A stretch of 64,000 bases of DNA, from assembly GCA_023380475.1 (NCBI GenBank), contig JAMCRD010000006.1, forward strand, positions 2,546-66,545, given 5' to 3'. Position 1 is the stretch's first letter. The number at the start of each line of letters is the position of its first letter. The stretch is from Patescibacteria group bacterium. GTDB taxonomy: Bacteria; Patescibacteriota; Minisyncoccia; UBA6257; Colwellbacteraceae. Positions 58,116-64,000 of the stretch are shown piece after piece. Below the pieces are notes generated by a model. That model was not told the origin of the DNA and did no database searches. It saw only the letters and a program-made list of their open reading frames with translations. A program made the position numbers and the translations under genes.

Positions 58116-59024
58116 ATGCCGTTAATGGCGAAACTGGAAGAGCTATTGCACGAATACTTAGATTACTTATCCATCGAAAAAAACCGCTCCGCGCTCACGA
58201 GGCGGAGCTATGAACACTGCCTTAAAAAATTCATCGAATGCTCCGGAGCCAGGACAGTCGATGACCTCAGCGAAAAAACCATCCGCGATTTTCGAGTGAA
58301 GATATCCGATCCTGAATCTCATATGAAGAAGGGCACGCAAGCCTACTATGTAATAGTGCTGCGCAATTTCCTTAAGTATCTAATAAAAAGAGGGATCAAC
58401 GTCGTATCTCCTGAAGCAGTGGAGCTACCCAAGATCCCTATACGCCAGATCCAGGTGATGGAATATAGTGACCTGGAACGACTGCTCGACGCGCCAAAAG
58501 GGGAGAGCCTGAGAGTGGTGCGCGACCGAGCTATACTAGAATTATTATTCTCGACTGGACTCAGGATATCAGAGTTGTGTGCGCTTGATAGGTCTCTACC
58601 CATTGACCGCGGCGAATTTACTGTGCGCGGCAAGGGAGAAAAACTGCGTGTCGTATTCGTCTCCGACCGAGCCAAGAAAGCTTTGAAAGACTACATAAGC
58701 AAGAGAGCTGACGCAGAACCGGCGTTATTCATAAGCCTATCAAAGGGGTCAAAGCCCAAGGTTCTAGGCCGGGTTACACCCAGAGCAGTGCAGCGCCTAG
58801 TATCTTTCTATGCCCGTGCAGCCGGCATACCCAGACATGTGACTCCCCATCAATTGAGACACCAGTTTGCAACCGATCTGCTTATGAACGGGGCCGATAT
58901 ACGTTCGGTACAGGAATTATTGGGTCACGCGAATATTTCGACCACGCAGGTCTATACACACGTTACCAATAAAGAGCTAAAAGAGGTCCATCGCGCCTTT
59001 CACGCGCGACGGCGCAAGGAATGA
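58116..59024 (+). CDS. Tyrosine recombinase, XerC/D family
   Basis: RDRAILELLFSTGLRISE, HQLRH, LLGHANISTTQVY. Confidence 0.93.
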   Translation: MPLMAKLEELLHEYLDYLSIEKNRSALTRRSYEHCLKKFIECSGARTVDDLSEKTIRDFRVKISDPESHMKKGTQAYYVIVLRNFLKYLIKRGINVVSPEAVELPKIPIRQIQVMEYSDLERLLDAPKGESLRVVRDRAILELLFSTGLRISELCALDRSLPIDRGEFTVRGKGEKLRVVFVSDRAKKALKDYISKRADAEPALFISLSKGSKPKVLGRVTPRAVQRLVSFYARAAGIPRHVTPHQLRHQFATDLLMNGADIRSVQELLGHANISTTQVYTHVTNKELKEVHRAFHARRRKE

Positions 59025-59075
59025 ACAAACCGAAGAAATGCTGGTTGGGACAAGATCGGCGTATCGCCGCTGCAG

Positions 59076-59106
59076 GATATAATTAGGTATAAGATATAAT
59101 TAGGTA
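59076..59106 (+). repeat. Direct repeat GATATAATTAGGTA x2
   Basis: Copies at 59076-59089 and 59093-59106, each containing TATAAT. Confidence 0.8.
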
Positions 59107-59135
59107 AAGGTCGATATCGTAAAAACAAAACTATA

Positions 59136-59687
59136 ATGAGGAAATACCAGATACCTTTGGCAATAATATCTGTAGTTGCTATCACGGCCTTTGCTGTTGT
59201 AGGCAGTGGTATCGCTTCCGCCGACGATAACGGCAACGGCGTCGGCAGCGTAGTGAGAAATTCAGCTGCGAATGTGGTAGGCGAAACAGTGAGCGCCTCG
59301 GAGACGGAAGGCAATGGCAACTCCAATTTAGGGCTCGGCGGCAGTTCCTTAGAGATAGGAGGCAGTGGCAACGTGACATTAAACGGTGGCAAGTTAACCG
59401 CCGTTTCTGGAGACAATTTGGCTGTAAGTGTTTTTGGTCTTAGTGTAAACGTTTCGTTGGCATCCACTACCAACTATGTAGGTGCAACGACTAGTTCCGC
59501 AGTCACTTCTGCCAATGTCGGTGATACGATTGATCTGACTGGTGCAATTGATAGCTCGACTGGCGTTATAACAGCACGGACGTTCCGGGATGAGACGCTT
59601 CAGCAACAGAACGTGGCGAGTATCCAAGCGCAGATCCAGAAGTTACTACAACTGTTACAGCAATTGCGAACTCAAGCTGGGATGTAG
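59136..59687 (+). CDS. Secreted hypothetical protein
   Basis: Signal peptide, Gly/Ser-rich beta region, C-terminal IQAQIQKLLQLLQQL coil. Confidence 0.75.
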   Translation: MRKYQIPLAIISVVAITAFAVVGSGIASADDNGNGVGSVVRNSAANVVGETVSASETEGNGNSNLGLGGSSLEIGGSGNVTLNGGKLTAVSGDNLAVSVFGLSVNVSLASTTNYVGATTSSAVTSANVGDTIDLTGAIDSSTGVITARTFRDETLQQQNVASIQAQIQKLLQLLQQLRTQAGM

Positions 59688-59714
59688 GCCGATTGGAGAA
59701 AAGAAGGTCAGCTT

Positions 59715-59750
59715 ATCAAAGAACCGTCTCTTATGAGACGGTTTTTTGAT
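59715..59750. terminator. Bidirectional terminator
   Basis: ATCAAAGAACCGTCTC-TTAT-GAGACGGTTTTTTGAT. Confidence 0.7.
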
Positions 59751-59755
59751 TCTAG

Positions 59756-59837
59756 TGAGCGAGGTGGGACTCGAACCCACAACCCTTACGGGACAGCGTC
59801 CTAAGCGCTGCGCGTATGCCGATTCCGCCACTCGCCC
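59756..59837 (-). tRNA. tRNA-Leu(TAG)
   Basis: Reverse complement GGGCGAGTGGCGGAATCGGCATACGC...CTTAGGA..., long variable arm; followed by CTA rather than CCA. Confidence 0.93.
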
Positions 59838-59974
59838 TAAAATTGTGCTGCTTTATTGTATTTCCGCTCCAGGTAATACTCAATATTTGGATAGTAAATA
59901 AATCTTATAAGTTTAATGGAGTCGTTTTTTTGCATAAACTAGACTGTTTGCCCTAACTCCTTTTTGGATCCATC

Positions 59975-60320
59975 CGCAAAAAGTCGGCGAAATATTCATT
60001 TGGTATTTTTAGTGATTTAATCGTCTTTGATTTAGCCTGCGTTAAACCAATTAAGTTGAGAAACTCATAAAAGTTTTTATCTCCAAATTGTACATAGAAG
60101 TATTTCTTTTCTCCGTTTTTTCTCTTGCCTTACACCCCATACTATTTTTTATACCGAGGCATTTCTTAAAAGCAATTACTATCTGCTCGTCTCTTGATGT
60201 GATATTAATATGCCTACCATCTTTCGACAGATTGCCATCAGTCGCTATAAGTCCTATAGCATAGGCAAATCCAGGAGATTATTGGATTTTTACTCTACTC
60301 AATCGTTTCGTTTTTACATT
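59975..60320 (-). pseudogene. LAGLIDADG endonuclease-like pseudogene
   Basis: Minus-strand translation SPGFAYAIGLIATDGNLSKDGRHINITSRD..., frameshift, YFYVQFGDKNFYEFL...IPNEYFADFLR; in-frame stop near the 5' end, truncated at the second motif. Confidence 0.75.
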
Positions 60321-60530
60321 ATACTAAGCCACTTAGTGTATGCCATTTCATGGCTTGCGCTACCCTGGGGGTGATTCCAAACTATTGAACCATTACGATA
60401 GGTTGATAAATAGACTATTTTATTGTCTTATGTAGGCACGGACAAACGTCGATTGTTCGTTAAAAAGAACACAACAACGGTGCCAGATAAGTCAAAAACA
60501 TGACTTAAACTTGGTATCCGTAAAAAATGT

Positions 60531-61196
60531 ATGCGAAAAGCATTACAGTCAGCGCGAAGAGTAGTACAATCATTCCTCAAGGCTCTATTTCCAGGGTTCA
60601 CAGATAAACGCTTCTGGGGATCTGTTAAGATCACGTACATCTTTGTGTATCTTCCCATCGGCATCCTACTGGTGTTGCTGAATGGATTTTTCTCAGCCAT
60701 ATTTCTGATTTATGCCGCAGTCGGTGTTGCGACAATTTTGGTGGGCGCTAGGTTAAGTTGCACAGACGAGACAATCAAAACATCCCGCTCTCAGGAAACG
60801 ACGAAGTGGGTGATAGCAATCCTTATTGCACTAGCGATACTTGGTTCCGTAAGAGGAGCATTCTCATTCGTCTGCGAGAACGTACAGGCAAATGCGTATC
60901 CTGAAGGGATAACCTTAGGATGGAATCGCAACTGCGTATCATTTGAACTCAACGGCGGCGAAATGTCGCCTTGGATATATGCTCCACTGCATTCATACTA
61001 TATCTTCACGTCATACGATCATAAGCCATTCACGGTATTCTACGGCGATGGATCCCATTATCACCTTGGAGTAAATCAGAACCTTGATTTTGGCACCAGC
61101 ACATCCGACCACTTCAGATTTATGCCTGACGGAAACGGCACGGAGATCGTGATAGCACTGACAAGCGCGTCGACGCTGACAAATACCCCGAACTGA
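60531..61196 (+). CDS. Hypothetical membrane protein
   Basis: Three TMs then a beta-rich domain; terminator hairpin at the stop. Confidence 0.65.
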   Translation: MRKALQSARRVVQSFLKALFPGFTDKRFWGSVKITYIFVYLPIGILLVLLNGFFSAIFLIYAAVGVATILVGARLSCTDETIKTSRSQETTKWVIAILIALAILGSVRGAFSFVCENVQANAYPEGITLGWNRNCVSFELNGGEMSPWIYAPLHSYYIFTSYDHKPFTVFYGDGSHYHLGVNQNLDFGTSTSDHFRFMPDGNGTEIVIALTSASTLTNTPN

Positions 61197-61250
61197 TCGG
61201 GGTATTTATTTTCAGCGACATTTAAAGCCACCGGTTGCGGTGGCTTTAAA
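61181..61250. terminator. Two hairpins between convergent genes
   Basis: AAATACCCCGA...TCGGGGTATTT and TTTAAAGCCACC...GGTGGCTTTAAA. Confidence 0.65.
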
Positions 61251-61269
61251 TTGATTATTTTTTATTGCT

Positions 61270-61623
61270 CTACAGAATGCTGCCGACTAAGGTCGGTATG
61301 CTGTAGGCCAGAACGGCGACTATTATGGCAATAATGCCGTACATCAATCTGTTTTTAGCCTCCTTAATCTTCTCTTCATTACCAGCTGCGGTTAAGTACA
61401 CAAATGCAGCCCACAAGAAGAAAAACATAGCAATTATAAAGAAGAGCGAGTAGGCGTAACCCAGTAAGGTATTCAAAATACCAGTAACACCCGAATACCC
61501 ATTAATGTTCACTGGCTGAGGGGTCTGAGTATTAGGATAGTATATGGTCTGGGCCAAGGCCGCCGGCATTGCCGCTACACTTGAAATTATTGACGCAACT
61601 ATTACTCCCAGTTTCTTGTTCAT
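61270..61623 (-). CDS. VirB2/TrbC-like pilin
   Basis: Signal peptide, two TMs linked by YLTAAGNEEKIKEAK. Confidence 0.8.
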   Translation of the reverse strand: MNKKLGVIVASIISSVAAMPAALAQTIYYPNTQTPQPVNINGYSGVTGILNTLLGYAYSLFFIIAMFFFLWAAFVYLTAAGNEEKIKEAKNRLMYGIIAIIVAVLAYSIPTLVGSIL

Positions 61624-61762
61624 AATCTATAAACGCGGTTTCGACCTTTTATAAGATTCAATCCTTCGACACTAATCTTAATTTGCCAAAGTATAACACA
61701 ATTGGGAGCCTGTGTCCAAAAAACAGTTACGCATCAGTGTTGCGACGCACAAACCTGCAATC

Positions 61763-62110
61763 TTATTTTGGGCCCAAAGTAGTTTGTATAACGGAAACCA
61801 ATCCGGCAGCGATCAAAACCAGAGCGTAACCGGCTATGGCCCATAGCACAGTCTTGCGTCCGACAGCAAAATTATCCGGATTGCCTCCGGCGGTGAGCAT
61901 TCTGAACGCTCCGTATAAGACCATTATGATGGCTACCGTAGGGGCAATATACGTCACAAAGTAGTTTGTAATGACATTGACCAACTGGCCGAAGTTGTTT
62001 ATGCCGCTCCCCGCGAGCGGGTTGGAAATCGGCAATGCGCCTTGCGATCCGCCGGGACTACCAGTCCCAGCTTGCGCGTAAACCTTACTTATCAAAAATT
62101 GCATTGTCAT
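61763..62110 (-). CDS. VirB2/TrbC-like pilin
   Basis: ISNPL motif, two TMs linked by MLTAGGNPDNFAVGRK. Confidence 0.8.
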   Translation of the reverse strand: MTMQFLISKVYAQAGTGSPGGSQGALPISNPLAGSGINNFGQLVNVITNYFVTYIAPTVAIIMVLYGAFRMLTAGGNPDNFAVGRKTVLWAIAGYALVLIAAGLVSVIQTTLGPK

Positions 62111-62111
62111 T

Positions 62112-62471
62112 TCAAGAACAACTTAGTGCGCTCCAGGGTGCCACCGAGACATTGGCACCAACAATGTTCAGCACGGTGTTTATAATCAGCCATGCACCAA
62201 AGACTATTATAACACCTACCAAGGCTGCGATTATAGCGTCCCGTCCAGTTTTAAGCTTATCCGGTTCGCCGCCGCCAGTCATTATCACAAAGCCTCCATA
62301 GACTATGACGATTGTGGCAATCGGTACGGATATAGTGAGAGCGAAATTCAATACGTTCTGAAATAGTTGCAACAGGCCACACCAACTGTTGGTGTCCTGT
62401 GGGACCAAGGGCCCCCAGAAGCCTATTGTCAGCGCCAACTTCTTACTCTGATGGACCACGTCTTTATTCAT
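62112..62471 (-). CDS. VirB2/TrbC-like pilin
   Basis: GPLVP, two TMs linked by IMTGGGEPDKLKTGR. Confidence 0.8.
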   Translation of the reverse strand: MNKDVVHQSKKLALTIGFWGPLVPQDTNSWCGLLQLFQNVLNFALTISVPIATIVIVYGGFVIMTGGGEPDKLKTGRDAIIAALVGVIIVFGAWLIINTVLNIVGANVSVAPWSALSCS

Positions 62472-62474
62472 TGT

Positions 62475-63776
62475 TTACTGTCCGGTCCCCAAGCTGTTAA
62501 CTGACGTCTCGGCGACTTGCAACGCTCGGTTCACCGACGCAGATTTATTCAGCACTGATTCTATCATATTGCTAAATATAGTAGAAACGGCATCCGAATC
62601 CGGCTGCACCCAGTCTTCGGCCGTCAAAGCCTGGGAAGCGTATGGCCCAAGGGTGGCGTTGCTTTGATACTGGGCGATAAGCGATCGCAGTGCCGGTGGC
62701 CGGCCGCTTGATGCGGCATAGCTGTCGGCCACACTCTGGTTGGTTGTGACGAAGTTTATGAAATCCCAAGCCTCGGTCGGATACTGGCTCTCCCTCGATA
62801 CCGCCAGCCCCCAATAGTCGGGGTAATTGACTTGGCTGCTTAGACTGAACTGAGGCATAGCTGAAACGCCCAAGTTTATATTTGGATTCTGGGATTTGAT
62901 CTGTGGTATCTGTGAAGCATAACCAAGGAACATCGCACTCTTGCCACTGGCGAAAGAATTTAAGGCAGATCCAGTCGGGTCATACCACGTGTAGTATGTA
63001 CCGCCAGGCACAGCAAACTTGGTGTAAAAAGATAGAGCCGCCTGCCCTTGTTGGCTCGCGAATGTTGCCTGCCCCGTGTTGGGGTCTAGCATCTGCGTAC
63101 CCTCCTGCAAGAAAAGAAGGTTGAGGATGTCAGTCGCGTTAGCCATGCTATTTAACGTACCACCTAAAGCCACTGCCGGTCGGGTAATTATGCCGTAAGT
63201 TTCCTTTCGCGTCTGAAGCACAACTTTTTCAAACTGGCTCCAAGTCGCGGGCGGTACAGCTATGCCGCTTTGATTAAAAATATCACGATTATAAATAAGA
63301 GCCAGCGTATCTATTGATAGAGGCATAGCATAAATATGGCCTCCGTTCACAAAGTCGTTGGTAGCTACTTGGGGGAAAATACTCTCAAAGGTGCTGGCAC
63401 TGATAAGAGAACTCGGGGCCGGTACCACAATATTGTTGTGCTTAGGCAACCAAGAGTTATTAAACATGAAGATATCAGGGCCTTGGCCGGCCGCTAAAGC
63501 GTTTATTAACTTTGACTCGTAGCTAGCCTGATCAAGTTGAGTGTAACTGACGGAGATATTGGGATAGGTTTTCTCAAAAGCCTGAACACTTGGGCCCCAA
63601 ACACTCCCATTATCACCAACGCCCCAGACTGTAAGACTGGCTGATGGACCGCTGCGGCGCAGTCCCGGGATAACACCCAAAAAGACCAGCAGGAAAAACA
63701 AGACAACAAAACCGATTATGCCTATGATTATTTTCTGCTGTTTAGTAAACATCAGCAGTATTGTAACGCTGACCAC
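62475..63776 (-). CDS. Extracellular solute-binding protein (sugar-binding family 1)
   Basis: N-terminal TM, LTVWG, ALAAGQGPDIF, DTLALIYNRDIF. Confidence 0.88.
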   Translation of the reverse strand: MVSVTILLMFTKQQKIIIGIIGFVVLFFLLVFLGVIPGLRRSGPSASLTVWGVGDNGSVWGPSVQAFEKTYPNISVSYTQLDQASYESKLINALAAGQGPDIFMFNNSWLPKHNNIVVPAPSSLISASTFESIFPQVATNDFVNGGHIYAMPLSIDTLALIYNRDIFNQSGIAVPPATWSQFEKVVLQTRKETYGIITRPAVALGGTLNSMANATDILNLLFLQEGTQMLDPNTGQATFASQQGQAALSFYTKFAVPGGTYYTWYDPTGSALNSFASGKSAMFLGYASQIPQIKSQNPNINLGVSAMPQFSLSSQVNYPDYWGLAVSRESQYPTEAWDFINFVTTNQSVADSYAASSGRPPALRSLIAQYQSNATLGPYASQALTAEDWVQPDSDAVSTIFSNMIESVLNKSASVNRALQVAETSVNSLGTGQ

Positions 63777-63779
63777 ACC

Positions 63780-64000
63780 TTAAATACAGGTGGTGCCGGC
63801 TATCGAATCGCCCGCCGCAACTTTCATAATCCTCACACCCTGGGCGGCGCGTCCTGTTTCTCTTATTGTCGCCAGTTTGGTACGGATAATCTGTCCACGT
63901 GAAGAAGCAGCGAATAATTCCATCTCTTCGGTGACAATGTGTGCTGAGACAACCGCCCCCGTCTTGGGATTAACTTTAGCGGTTAGTATCCCCTGACCAC
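63780..64000 (-). CDS. gyrA: DNA gyrase subunit A, C-terminal beta-pinwheel (partial)
   Basis: Minus-strand frame GQGILTAKVNPKTG...GQIIRT...GRAAQGVRIMKV, stop at 63780-63782. Confidence 0.85.
   Translation of the reverse strand, partial: GQGILTAKVNPKTGAVVSAHIVTEEMELFAASSRGQIIRTKLATIRETGRAAQGVRIMKVAAGDSIAGTTCI

Noticed and set aside
58116-59024. Tyrosine recombinase as an integron or prophage integrase
   Set aside because: About 300 aa with no IntI-specific insertion, next to rpsO, and no attC sites or phage genes; best read as housekeeping Xer.
63790-63996. 68 aa plus-strand ORF at the window end
   Set aside because: Antisense to the gyrA C-terminal coding frame.
1-64000. CRISPR array or cas genes
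   Set aside because: No regularly spaced repeat-spacer array and no Cas motifs seen; the short fragments at 27898-27966 lack a repeated spacer-flanking unit.

Overview
This is a compact, gene-dense window of a probable Patescibacteria (CPR, Parcubacteria-like) chromosome. That call is inferred from the gene order, three VirB2/TrbC-type pilins, tRNA-Arg(GCG) and LAGLIDADG-like remnants next to tRNAs; standard code 11 is in use. Most of it is housekeeping: hup, rny, clpB, htrA, iscS-like, ftsK, recA, folD, glyA, truB, tyrS, clpP, hppA, nusA, pnp, rpsO, a Xer recombinase and the gyrA 3' end. It also holds ten tRNAs, an ECF sigma cluster, two glycan-biosynthesis loci and DsbA/VKOR. The standout is a 2.5 kb large-serine-recombinase element (26227-28747) integrated at the 3' end of tRNA-Arg(CCT). 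It carries an intact, inverted internal copy of its own attP, which also encodes the native recombinase C-terminus. Beside that copy is a mosaic of 20-32 bp inverted fragments of the recombinase gene, and two cargo genes have cassette-like leaders. Several unannotated structured ncRNA candidates and a recurring AAAGGTCGA leader motif were also seen. All calls were made by eye, without database searches.
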